A DNA stretch of 64,000 nt from NCBI GenBank assembly GCA_043228905.1, contig JBHGNT010000003.1, positions 5,146,001 through 5,210,000 on the forward strand. The letters run 5' to 3'. Positions 50,399 through 63,330 of the stretch are shown here, one piece after another. The notes beneath the pieces were generated by a model. The model was not told the origin of the DNA and searched no databases. It saw only the letters and a list, made by a program, of their open reading frames with translations. Numbering within the stretch: position 1 is the stretch's first letter; every line of letters starts with the position of its first letter. The DNA is from Azolla caroliniana. Lineage: Eukaryota > Plantae > Polypodiophyta. A program made the translations under genes and the position numbers.

Positions 50399-53111
50399 AT
50401 GGTCAAGAGGAAATCCGAGGAAGTGAAAGAGATCGATGATGTGGATGGTGAGGTAGCGAATGGCGATGACCCCTCGAGCCGAGCATTGCGCACAGTCAAG
50501 GCATTCTCTGTACAGTGTGCCGTTTGCTACAAGTGGAGGCTAATTCCTTCTAAGGAGATATACGAGGAGATCCGACAAGTTGTGACGGAGAACCCTTTTG
50601 TTTGCAGTCATGCCTGTAGCTGGCGTCCACATGCCAGTTGTGATGACCCCTCAGATTTCTCGCAAGATGTGAACCTCATGTGGGCACTGGACAAGCCTGA
50701 TATTCCTGTAGCTCCGTCAGGATGGGAGCGATTGTTAGTCTTCCGAGGTCAAGGATCGGCAAGATTTGCGGATGTGTAAGTTTTTTCCCGTCTCATTCAT
50801 TCTCACTCTCTCCTCCTTTAATCAATTGTACATTACATTTGTTGCAAATTGAGGTCATTGTTTCTTCAGAAGAAGAAACCAATCAATAACATATCATTCA
50901 TGTTTTCAGTGGTCAGCACGTAGAATTTTACCCTTACGTTTTCATATGGGCCTGAAATTTTTGTATTTAACAATAATGCTCCAGCTTGCAAGATGTGAGA
51001 GATAATCTTACATACATCAGTGGGAAAATAACATTGTAACTTAATGTGAAACATTGTTTATGACATTACCCTTTGATGTGCTGGTTATATCTGCAAATGA
51101 TCCTTTCGTATCTAAGTTCATTAGAAAGCCTAGAGAAACCATTCTGCAAGAAAGGCCTAGAATTGCAACTCAGATCTAAGATATACAATTGTTTACACGA
51201 AAGTCAGTGTCATGATTTGATGAATGAATGAGGATGGATAAGCTGAAGATTCAAATTGGACACCCTAGCTAGAATCCCTCTGATGCAACACAGAAACTAA
51301 GCTATGCAGTCACTACATTCAAATCACTGTTGTGATTTGATGAATGACTGTGCATGAATTAACTAGAAGGTACAAGGATAACCTAAGAACCAAAACAGTG
51401 TAATAGGAAACCCTAGTTAAATAGCTTAAATCCTTCCAATGCAACTGATATTTATTATATGCTTATTACCTCGTAGAAAGTAACATATTACCTCGTGAAA
51501 AGTAAGATATTACATCGTAGAAAGTAAGATATGTGGTCTCTTACTCTGAAATTAGTGTAGGATTTGATAAATGAATGTGATTAAAAACCGAAGATCCACA
51601 GAAGGGAAATAGGAAAACCCTAGCTAAAGTCCATCTGATGAAACCAGTATTATTTATATATAAATAAACTTCTTGAATGGATAAATGATTATCAATGTCA
51701 TACTGATGCATGAAACCAGAGACCGAAATGGAACACGTAATTGAATTCCCTGTATATTTAAGAGTTCTTGTGAAATGTTAGTCCTATTTCCTGAAAGTAG
51801 GATTGTCATCAGAGTCATTTTCAAGTAAAGTTAGATCTTGTATATATAACCAAATAATTTGTGTAGGGGATCAATAACTGAAGACAAAAGTTTTTTAAAT
51901 TATTGCGATTTGGGTGTGTGGCGTCCAAATGATGATCATTGCTCTTGGTTGGTCATTGGATACACATTATTTGGTGTTATATTTAGCACTATATTTTTCT
52001 GTCATTGTAATATTGCACCATAATTATGCTGTAGTATTTGTACTGATTCCGTCATTGAATGATGAGAAAATATATATTCATACATAAAATTGTAGGTTTT
52101 CTAACATTGGAAGTTCTTCATTCAATAGTTTATGTGATGTCTCAGTTGCAGGTCTTTCTATGATTTTTGGGCCCTACTTCTATATCTTTTCTAGATTTCT
52201 TCGTTTTAATTCATTATAAGCATCGAAGGTATCACCAGTTTCAGAGTTTTGAATGGCATGATTTGTATGAATATGTGGTATGTGACTGGTATAGCATACC
52301 TTACATTTCTTTTGGAAATTGGTTATCTTATTCTAGGAACATAGAGAGCCATCATTACAATTATAGGTGTGGGTATTGTAGAACATATTATTTCTCCCTG
52401 CTTATTATATGAATATAAGTGCTTTTAGAGATTCCTAGTTTCCTAGTGGGTGAAGTGAGAGAATGTGGCCTGCTAGAAATATCTTAAGTAAATCACAGCT
52501 TCAATCTCATACCAGTATCTTTGAACTATGAAGGGTTTATGTATCATATTTCCATCAAGGATATTCAACTGTAGTTTTGGGTATATCAGTGTATGCTGTT
52601 TTATTAGGTTAGATGTATTGGTTATAGTAGGAATGTGCATTGCAAAGCAAAATTTATATACCATTATCTATAGTACACATTTGGTTTGTTATGTGCCAAC
52701 TGAATTTTTGTTGGTGTATTGCTGGTCATTGGCCGCACCTTACGTCTAATGGTTTTTGATGATGTGAACAGATACTACAAGTCCCCAACAGGGAAGAGAT
52801 TACGCTCCCTGCCAGATGTTGAACGGTATTTATATATATTCTTGAGTTCTACTAGCAATGCCTCTAGCATTTAATAAATCTCGGTGGTGAAATTATATTA
52901 CATTCTCTCTAAGAGATTCCTTTGTCGAAGTTTTTTGTTCAGCTTTTTAGCGGAGCATCCAGAGTATGGCAAAGCAGGTATCACCAAAAATCAGTTCTCA
53001 TTTGTTAGACCAACACCCTTGCATATGGATCATATGGATCGTGGTAAGAGGAGTGTGGACAGTACACATGAAATGAAAGGTTCAATCACCAATAAGAAAA
53101 TCCAGCAATAG
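50399..53111 (+). CDS. Methyl-CpG-binding domain protein with CW-type zinc finger (MBD2-like); exons 50399-50775, 52772-52825, 52943-53111
   Basis: FSVQCAVCYKWRLIP..YEEIR..PFVC..SCDDPSD (CW finger), WALDKPDIP..PSGWER..FADV|YYKSPTGKRLRSLPDVE|RFL.EHPEY..QFSF..P.PL (MBD). Confidence 0.93.
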
Positions 53112-54275
53112 CAGCTAGTCCACATATAAACTTGGAGATAACGAAGATTGCATGATTTTTGATGTAAACTGCCCAACATTGGTAGTTGAATAGAATATGT
53201 TGGACTCTTCATATAATGATCACCATTGTTCAAAAAAGGTTCTTTTGACTAAAGAAATATTTGTCTTCTTTTCAAATATATTCCTTTGGGTTAATGAAAG
53301 TATACTTTTTGTAAAACTGTGTAAAGGGGTTATGACATGTAGATTAATTGATTTCTCTCTTCCCTATCACTCTAATTTGTATATGGCTCCAAGATCCTTG
53401 TATACTTTAATCAACAAACAATTTCATGTACATATAAGAAGCATGTAATTGGGAGCTGCAAGCATTGAAAGATTCTTTAAGAGAGTATTAGATTGTCACG
53501 AAGACCTACAAAAAGTTTGATCAAGTGGTTCATAAACCATTCAAATCTGTTTATTGATTGTGTACCTTAAATCAGAATTTGATGATTAAAATTTAGAATG
53601 ATGGGAGATTCTCAATCAATAGTCTTTAAATCTATACGGAATGTGATGATGGTTTATTGAAGGTGACTATTTTTTGATTAGATACCTTAATGGTGGATCA
53701 TTTCCTAATATGAATTCCATAGGTATGCTCTAGAATATAGAGATGTGTTAAGAGTTTAGAAACAATTAGATAAGAAGCATAGGATTCACTATAGTAGTGC
53801 CTATTCTTTGTGTAAAATTATTGGAACAATTATACCATACATTGCCATGGTCACTTGGCATATGTAGTCATCATTACTTCGAGGCTTGAACAAGTCTTTG
53901 CTATCTTATGCAATGTCTTGTAGAGAAATTTTGCTATTAACATTTTGTTGTACTTCAAAGTAGTGTGGATGATAATTCACATATAGCTACACATACATAA
54001 ATTAACAATCACATTCAAATCTACATACACATACACATACATGTGGATCCTATGTTTTAGATAAATATGGAACTTATGTTTGAAGAATTACCATAAAGTA
54101 TCCCAACCCTTGCACCAACTCTGAATGTGCACGTCGTATCAATGTAATTTTTTGTGCATGTGTAAATTTCTTTGATTGTGCCCTCATACATTATAGCAAT
54201 GTACCTAGTTCGGTTTATGTTCAGTTCTTTTTCTTGACCTTGAAACCAATATAAACCATTTACAAATTACAAAGC

Positions 54276-55492
54276 CATATAAATTGAACTATTTAGAACC
54301 AAGCCATTTAAGCCAAGACGTTAAATAGTACGTGAAATTGAATTGGGATTTACATGCCTCATTTTTTGGATGTGCAGAGTAGGGGAGAGTGTTAGTGAGT
54401 GAAAGTGAGCATGAATTTTAGAGTATGAGAGTGTGAACAATCACAGTAAAAGACCGAGAATTGTTACCGTACGAGATGTACGGAGAGAAGGTGGAATGTT
54501 ATATGTTGTTGATGTGTATGTATAAATGTGTAAGTGTAATTGTGAGTGTGAGTAATTACGTACATAGATTGACACATGCATGCTATTCGTGATATTCTCC
54601 TTGCACAATATTCTCAATATTCGAGAATATGAAATGGCCCTAAGAATATTCAAAAACCATTCGTTTTGCAAAATAGATATAAAATATTTATTTATTTATT
54701 TAAATAAATTTATTTTACCAAAAAAAGAACAATTATTCATTAATAGATTATAGTGTCAAGAGAGTTTATGAAACTTATTTTAATTAATCAATTTTTAAAA
54801 AACGAATATTTTTATATTTACTATACAAATATGATTAGTATAAACTTTGAATATATGATTAGTTTGAAGTACTATTTTTAATGTCAAAATAAAAATATCC
54901 ATAAATTTTGAGTGAATAAAAAGTGAGAAATTAATGATCCTTTATTTTATTTATTAAAAATAAAACGAATACTTATAATTTATAAGTTATACATTTATTA
55001 TAAAAATTTAGTAGTGACAAATCCCAAAGTCCCTCTTTTATTATCCCTATTTATTGTCAAGTTCCTTTTCTTTTATCCTAGGAAATTAAAAAAGACAGTT
55101 TTTTTTAGTTAAACGAATACTTGATCACCCATTCGTATTCTTATTCGTTTGCATTCGAATAGGAAACCCAACGAATGCGAATATGTCAATCTATGATTAC
55201 GTATGTGTACACATGCACACGTGTGCATGTGGACGGATACGAGGAAGTGTGAGTGAGTGAACATTTAACTTCAAAGCAAGAGACAACAAGAGAGAGCTAA
55301 AAGACATATAAATTGAACCATTTAGAACCAAGCCATTTAAGCCAAAACGTTTAAAAAGTACGTGAAATTGAATTGGGATGTACGTGCCTCGTTTTTTGGA
55401 TGTGCAGAGTGGAAAAGAGTGTAAGTGAGTGAAAGTGAGCTTGAACATGAATTTCAGAGTATGAGAGTGTGAATGATCACAGTAAAAGATCG
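54276..55492. repeat. ~185-bp direct repeat pair (54276-54458 and 55305-55492)
   Basis: catataaattgaac.atttagaaccaagccatttaagcc...cacagtaaaaga occurs twice. Confidence 0.9.
54563..55195. mobile_element. hAT-family non-autonomous element (MITE, 633 bp)
   Basis: TIRs catagattgacacat / atatgtcaatctatg. Perfect 8-bp TSD attacgta at 54555-54562 and 55196-55203. AT-rich core with attcgt/acgaat sub-repeats. Confidence 0.9.
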
Positions 55493-55711
55493 AAAACCTT
55501 TAACATTTAGCTTCAAAGCAGGAGACAACAAGAGAGAGCTAAAAGACAAAAAAGGACATAGAGAGACCAATACTTTAACAATGGAACAAATGAAAATAAA
55601 TAATAGCGAAGCTTCACCTATTTATCATTTTGAAAATGTTATTGATCAAACTAAGGTTTTCAAACCAATGAGAAAACGTTATCTATTAAAAAACATATAG
55701 AAGTATATACT

Positions 55712-58700
55712 TTAGCCTAGTGAATAAGGTTTTTTTCCTTTATAGTGTGTCTCACATAACCATGCAACTTGAGTTCTCCCATCAACTTCATAGCTCGTAC
55801 GTTTGAGAAGGAACTTCTTAGCTATGTTCTCATCAGTCAAACCTCCATTTTCCTTCAATATCGACGCCAAACACTTTTGCCACTTTTTGGAAGCAGACTC
55901 TAATGTACTTAAATATGTATCTTTCTTTGATTTAATAGTATTTTTTATAAGGGGATATTCATTGCCTAGATGTTTGAAGTGGGGGAACCAATTAGGAATC
56001 AAGGAGCTTGCATGTGGGACCACAGAAGAAATACCAAGTCTAGCAGCTATTATCAAAATACAAAGGAAACCATTAATAAAAGGAAGTGCTTTATTTAGTG
56101 TCGCCAATCGAGACTCTGACAAGCAGGTGAGGGTGATACCAGGTTGGTCTTTCACGGGATGTGGCAATCTCTTATGTTCACAATATAAATGGATTGTCAC
56201 AAACTCCCCTTCCAAAAGTTTAGCCACGGATGTCATAAGTCTTTGATATGTCGAGCTACGAAATTTAAACATAAGGAAGGCAACACGAGGGAGTTGCTTC
56301 TCAGCTTCATTATCTAGAGCCATCACCAAAAGCTTGTTTACAGATTTCTCAACTTTGCTAATAACGTCTTCCCTCATACATTGAAGTTCTTTATGTATTT
56401 CCTCTAGCTTATTAGTCATTTGATCCACCTTATCATTTAATTTAAGAACCTCTTCATGAGTAGCATCCACCTTACGCCGTAAACTTAAAATTGACCTCAC
56501 CATAATCTTACTAGATTGTACCTCTATTGTGTCTTCTGATGTCTTACCTTCTTGTACCAACTGGTTTTCAAGGTTCAACTTGCGCATGATCACATTTTCA
56601 CGACTTTGATATTGCCTAGATATATCGACGTTATCATTCTCCAACAATGCATTCTCCACCTCCACCTCAAACCATTGTTTACATGAGTTGAAGACCTCCT
56701 CATAATACTCTGACCCTAAGAGATCTATAAAAGCACTCGTGAGAGAATGATACATGTCTCTAGTACATTTCCAATCATAAAATTCTTCCTTGCCTTCCTC
56801 AAATTTTTCTCGAAGTTGTTCCTTCAAGTAAGTTATTTTCACACATTGATCTTCTCTTTTTGGCGCATCTGATGGATCACGTAAGCAATCGGGCCGGATG
56901 ACGCTCTCGATTAGCCTAACCCCTTGTATGCCAGTGGGTTGTGCACATATTGTGATCAAGGTGTTGATAATATGCTTTTCCACAAAAGCCAAGGTATTTA
57001 AGGCGTTTTCTTTCGTATTACTCTGTGCTCGAACCAACACATCTATCACATAATTTGATTTTGCTTGACATAGCACGATGATTATCTCAGTTTTTGGGAA
57101 ACGTATGGATATGAAATCCTTGCCCAAAGTGACCTGAGCTTTATCATCCTTTGATTGGAAGGCATTGTTAAATAACACTTGAATCCTTGGAAAGAGTCCT
57201 GGTGTAAGAAATGTGCGCTTGTTGTTCTTACACCCTAGTCTTCTTCCCATATACACTAAAGTATCCTTATCATCATCCATCGGAGTCCATTGGGGTTGTT
57301 CCCTAGCCTCATCCTTGGACAATATGGCAGGGATAAAAATCCACTCTCCTGTGGTATGTGGGACTTTGGGAACTTTGCAACATAAGTGCATGGATTCCAT
57401 CAACTCTACCAGTATTGACCCGTTCACTTTAGGTCTTATAATGGATTCAAACTTTTGCTCTAGGAAATGCTGGGGGATGTATCCATTGTCAAATACAATG
57501 GTACCCTTAGATGATCCTTTTGAGTTTGGGAAACCAATGAGGTTGCCCATGATTTGATTGCAAAACCAATTTGGATTGAGAACTATGTGCTTGATTTTGT
57601 TTATGTATATGATGTTGCCAGATTCATTCAAGGATAAGGCAATTATATTTAGCTTAGCTTTGTCACCGGTAAGATCGGAAAGCTGACCGTCAATATTGCA
57701 GATTTCGCTAAATTTGGTCCATGTAATGATTTGTTCATTTGTGATCTTTGAATGATCCCAGAGCTGTTTACTTACTTGCGAGCAGATGTCGTAGAGCTCG
57801 ATACCTTGGAGCAACTCTTTGGCAATTCTGAATATACATTCTCCTACAGCTCTGACAGAATCTTTCTTTCTTGCATCCACTTCAAATGGAGGGTTCACGA
57901 TGTCAATGACCCTTTCGAAATCTGATCGAAGAGAATCAATGGAAGGTGAGAGGGAGCGAGAGACAAACTCCACTTGATCTGATCGCGTGAATACCACCAC
58001 CACTTTGATGGCAATGTTGGATTGAGGGATTTTGGAGGCGAGGAACTTGAGCCAGTACCTGAAGCTTGCTTTGAAGTCCCCGACTCTTTTCTCTACACCT
58101 CTGTGGCTACTTTCGCTATCCATGGGGCTCCAAACGAACATGAACATGGATGGGGACTGATAAGAGCTGGTTCCTATGTCTGGGAACATGCAGTCGTGGA
58201 ATGCGTGGAACTGTTGTTGGCCTGCCATGTCCCACACAGACACTCGGATTCCATCCTTTTTTATGGCCTGCACCTCGATTCCTTGTGTACGCTCTCCTGT
58301 AAACAGAGCTCTCAGCTTATCTGTCTTGCTGCCATAGATGGAACGCATGGTGGATACAAGGGTAGTCTTTCCTGGAGCAATCAAAATAAGAAAATTATGT
58401 ATTGCAATGGTTTAGTGTGATTACACCCCCATCAATCTAGCCTGCTGTTTTGATTTGTCAATATTTGAGAATGTTCTCTGTTTTTCTACCTGCGAATGGA
58501 TCTCCGCAGATGAACAATCGCATGGAAGTCGCAGGCACTCGCTTCAAATCTGATCCCAACAAGAAATTGCGCTGGTTCCTCCACAGCTGCGTCTGAATGG
58601 CAGGATCCAGAAGCCCTAATGTTTGAAAGAAAGGAAGGCCGGATCGAGCAAGAGCATCCACCACTGCAGAAACAGCAGATCTGCTTAAACAATTTGGCAG

Positions 58701-59137
58701 CCAACCTAATTGAAGGCCGTATAATTGAGGAGGAGAAGAATGGAGGGTGCGGCCAGCTGTCTTGGCCCCTTTCATTGGGGGTGCTAGGTGATCCATGAAA
58801 TCCATTAGCTCCTCCTCTTTCATTGGACTCCACATACTCTCTAGAGAGAGCTCTTTGAGCTTCGGCCAGTGCCCCCCCATTCCCAATTTTCGTCTTCACC
58901 AAATGACGTCTGAATTCGCCTCAAGGCTTCCTGTGGAACAAAATTGGTGGTATCGACGAGGAAGAGGTAACCGTTCTCAACATTGGGAAGATTAATTAAG
59001 TCTAGATCATGAGTTACAGATGTTGAGATTGAACAGAGGTTAAATAGAGCTGCTCTCGATTTCTCCACCGCTTCTCTCAACTTATCGTATCTCCAGCACG
59101 TGAAGATGAGTCGGTGAGGGGGTGGGAGGCGCTCCAT
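55712..59137 (-). CDS. TORNADO1-like Roco protein (short LRR-Roc-COR-coiled coil); exons 59137-58490 and 58371-55712; apparent 1-nt frameshift at G7 (~58872-58878)
   Basis: GDPFAG|KTT P-loop across a GT-AG intron, ERTQGIEV, WDMAGQ, TRSD, DARK, LNPNWFC, FIPAIL, PGLFPRIQV, heptad segment, C-terminal IAKKFLLKR..Y..DG..QVAWLCETH like Arabidopsis TRN1. Exon 2 is open for ~887 codons. Confidence 0.88.
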
Positions 59138-59459
59138 GAATAAGAAGCGAAGAGAATGGACGGAAATTAATAAAACGAGGACGAATGTAGAGTCCTCTCA
59201 AGTTTTAGCAATACGTCTCTCTCTCTCTCTCTCTCTTGTCTCTAATAGAAAAATGTGTGGACTGAGGTTTCTTCTTCCCTATCTTAATCTATTCCCTTTC
59301 CATGTAGTTGTTAACACAAAGGGAAGACGCGTGATCGTCTTGCCCCTCGCGGTCGATATCCTACATATGACTCTTCGGTCAAGAGGTCGATATCCTACGT
59401 TTGTGTGAGTAATGGTCACGTCCTATCATAATGTGGTAGGGAATCAAGGATATCTTTTG

Positions 59460-62400
59460 TTAGTTCAAGTTTCTCCATCCTATCCATCTACTATTCCCTG
59501 GTAGGGATATGTTTTGTTTTATACAACATAATGGAGTGGTGTGAATATCATATTTGGTGGTGTTTGATATCCACATTATATCATGGGATGTGTTCTCGTA
59601 ATTTATTTGGTGTTTATGAGGTATCACACGATGGCTTCTTCACATTATTGTGGTGCTGATATTCGATACATTAATATCATCGCCACATATCATCACCCTT
59701 TTTAGTGTACATTATTGTGGTGTTGACATGAACAAAATGATACAAAACACCCCCCCTCACTTTTTGTTGCCTCCCTTCACTTAGCTTTTTGGGCACCATT
59801 TAGTTGAGGTTTCTCGGCAACTTCGTTGATGGGAGAAAAGTTGATGCAAATTAACATCCACTTTTTTGTCCTTCCAAAAAGTTGGATCTTTCAATGCATG
59901 AGGTGGAAGGAAGCACACCTAAAGTTGATCTCTTCATTAGAATGTTTGATGAAACGGAGTTGAAACTATATATTTGAATGGTTCAAATGACAAAACATAT
60001 TCCATATGAGTGAGAGAAAGACGAATTTCATGGATAGATGCACACGCCGTTTGCAATTCCTTTTAGCATCTTCGTCTTCTGTCAAAAGTCTCGGGCATAT
60101 TATTTGTCTTTTCAATTTATTGTCGTGTTTCCTTTCCCTTGCATGACCTTTTGGTTGGCCTCTAAGGAAATTTGTATAAGATGTTGGTCATCCTCGTGGG
60201 CCATTTGTAGAAAAGAAGATTGTGTAAGTAAGTAGAAGATAGAAATGTAGAAATGAAATTTGTAAAACTAGGCTCAATATTATCATTGTATAATTCCAAT
60301 TACCGACTAACAAATATAAGTTAATGAGGAATGAATGTACGAGGTTAAGGGCATTTTTGCCTTTGTAGTGAATTTACCCTTAGGTCTTAAAATAACGTAC
60401 CCTATATAATCAACCCCAATAAGACGAAGGTCAACTCAAGATTTCTGATAGTTATCCCTTTCTTTAACACCTCATCCATTTGCATTAGTATGCAAGAATG
60501 TTCCAAATGGGTAGCAAAGAGAGCCTTTCACTAGTGCATTTGTGAATGCATGCCCATTACATGGAATTCAGAGTTCTAGGGTTCTTGCATCACCAAAATG
60601 TTGACACCTGCACTGAGTAGTTTAGTATTTAAACCCACATTTGGTAATGCTTTAGTTGCATCCACATAAGCTTTGAAAAGTAGGAATTTTTGTATGGGCA
60701 AATAGAAAAATTAAGCTAAACTAAAGGCTTATTGTTATTTGGATTTGGGTGATTCAAGTTGCCATCCAAGCTATTGCACATATGATTGTTCTAATGATTC
60801 TTCTGATTGTTCTAGAGTAAGCTTCTTCAAGGGAGATGCCCATATGATCCCCAATCTATTACACAACATATGACTATTCCACAATAAGCTTCTTCAAGAG
60901 AGATGCCCATATGATCCGATTGTAATGAATAAGACCCATGACAAAAGAGAAAGAGGATGCATGTGTGGACTAAATGAACAAAAGAAAAATGTGAAGGAGT
61001 GGATAAAAAGTTGAAAAGTGAGTCGAATGCTTTGAAGTTTGAAGCATGTAATGGATATCATAACATGTCATTTTTAGTGAAAGATAACAAGTTCACTAAG
61101 AAGCTTTTTAATTTTTTGTACATGTACTAAACACTTCTTTTAGTTGAGGGATACCTTTGTTAAAAAGGATTACTTGAGTGTTTTCTATCCAATTGTTGGT
61201 CCCCAATTGGTTAAAAAGGTTTCTCATTTACACCATTTGAATGTCAAACGTCAAAATAATTTCAATATGAATGAGACAACAAGGATTTGAATAATTCGGC
61301 ATTGTTGTGATTCATGGCTTTGGCATCTTGGTCTTCTCTCACATTGATGTTTACTCTTATAGCATAAAGTCAAAAGTTTAGGGCATGTTAATTAAAGTGC
61401 AATGCCGCGTTTCCTTTTCCTTCCATGACTTGTGACTGGACTTTAAGAAAATTGGGATAATATGTTGGCCACTTTTGCATCGTGTAATATGAAAGTAGAG
61501 GACGCAAATGTGAAACGAAAATGGGTTTGTTTTCTATTTGTAAATTTAGGCCCAATAATGAAATAGATAGTTGTGTAATTAGGCTCATTATAGATATGCG
61601 AATTAATTAAGGAGAATTAATGAAAGTACACTTATTTTTCTTGGGACTTTGAAGCAAATTGTTTCTCGAAGTAAAGTATACAAATGTCATCCAGTTTCAG
61701 GTTGGTGTGCTCAATTGATTCATAGCAGTTAACTAACAACAAACTCAAGTGAGTTTCTGGTACAAGTTCCAAACTTGGTTGAGTCTATGCACATAGTGAA
61801 ATAATAAGATGCACTCAATCAAGCTTACATATACAAATGAATGTTAATCACGGTCAAATTTGGACATTTGAACAACTTTTAGGTTGATCTAGTTTGCATG
61901 CACAATTGAATCCACAAATCCATGATCAAGTTGATATGTTCAATTTCCTCAATATGCTCAAATAAGTTTTGGGCTTTGCCAAGTTTCTTGGGTCAAACTA
62001 TTCCTACACTTGATTTGGGTTTGAACAGTTGAAGGAGATCTCCACTTCTCAACATTAGTGACCTTGATCAAGTGTAGATGCATTTTAATAATTAACCCAA
62101 TGGTTTTGTAGTTCATGAATTTCTTGTTGGAGTTCGAGCATGTAACTGTTTTCAATGTGCCTATAGAATACTACTTCTTAATTGGTTGTTCTTGTTTAGA
62201 TTGCTCGTATCACTATCTAACCTTTTGTTGGTGAGATGGGTGCCATTGACTGTCAATCACTTTGGAACTATAATGCTATAAACTAGCTACGAAGTAGATT
62301 GAATCTTACTCTAGGAAACAATTACTTTCACTTGACTTAACTATGACTTAATCACAAAGAGACTTTATGATGTTTCTATATACATGATAGAAGAATGAAG

Positions 62401-63330
62401 AGATAATAAATCACTGCCATGATCCAACTTTCATCTTAATCAAGATTAGGAAAAGTAGATTATTGTACTCCATCATAGTTACTTATAAGTGGATTGAACA
62501 TATATTAGTCACTATCCTAATAGACGTAGGGTGTGATCTTATATATATATTTAACAACAAGAAGATTTGTTATTGCCTCATTTTATGTTTTAAAGATGGT
62601 TCAAAATATTATGAAGTTGATGACGCAGAACATGCTCGATGAGGGTTTCTCATGAGCGTTGTCCTCTAAGTCGATGTTTTGTATCAGCTTTTCCAACCTT
62701 CCAAGTTGATGTTTTTGCATGGTGTTGGATGATGAGTATTTAAAGTTTCTCCATCCTATCAATGTACTTGTGGTATGTGATTAATGTGATGCAAATTTGA
62801 TATCTTTCATTGTGTGGTAGGGATATGTGTTGTTTCATGTGGTGGTGTGAATATTATAGTTGATGGTGTTTGATATCATGCAATGTGTTCTGGTGATTTA
62901 TTTTTGTTCATTAGGTATCACACAATGTGTTCAAATATTATTGGTGCGAATATTTAGTCCAATATCAACACCATGTAATATCAAAGTTTTTGTTGTGAAA
63001 ACACAACTCGTCACTTTTTGTTGTCTCCCTTACCTTCACTTTTGGACCCCCATTAACTGCGATTTCTCGTCATCTTGGTTGATCTAATGCATTAAGATTT
63101 GTCCATCTATCTTGATTACTATTACATCTCTTCATTTGATTGCCAAATGACAAAACAAATCCAATATGAGTGAGAAAAAAAGAATTCATTGATTGACACA
63201 CATGCCACTTGTAGTGCCTTTTGGCATCTTTGTCTTCTGCGACATTTGGGGTTTACTCATATTATAAAGTCAAAAGTCTTGGTAGGTTATTCGTCATTTC
63301 AACATAGTAGTGTGTTTCCTTTCTTGGTAG
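59460..63330. repeat. Long diverged direct repeats (~59465-60140, ~62742-63330, partial ~61240-61385)
   Basis: Shared aagtttctccatcctatc, ggtagggatatg, gtggtgtgaatat, ggtatcacac, caaatgacaaaaca..atatgagtgaga, catct..gtcttct. Confidence 0.75.
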
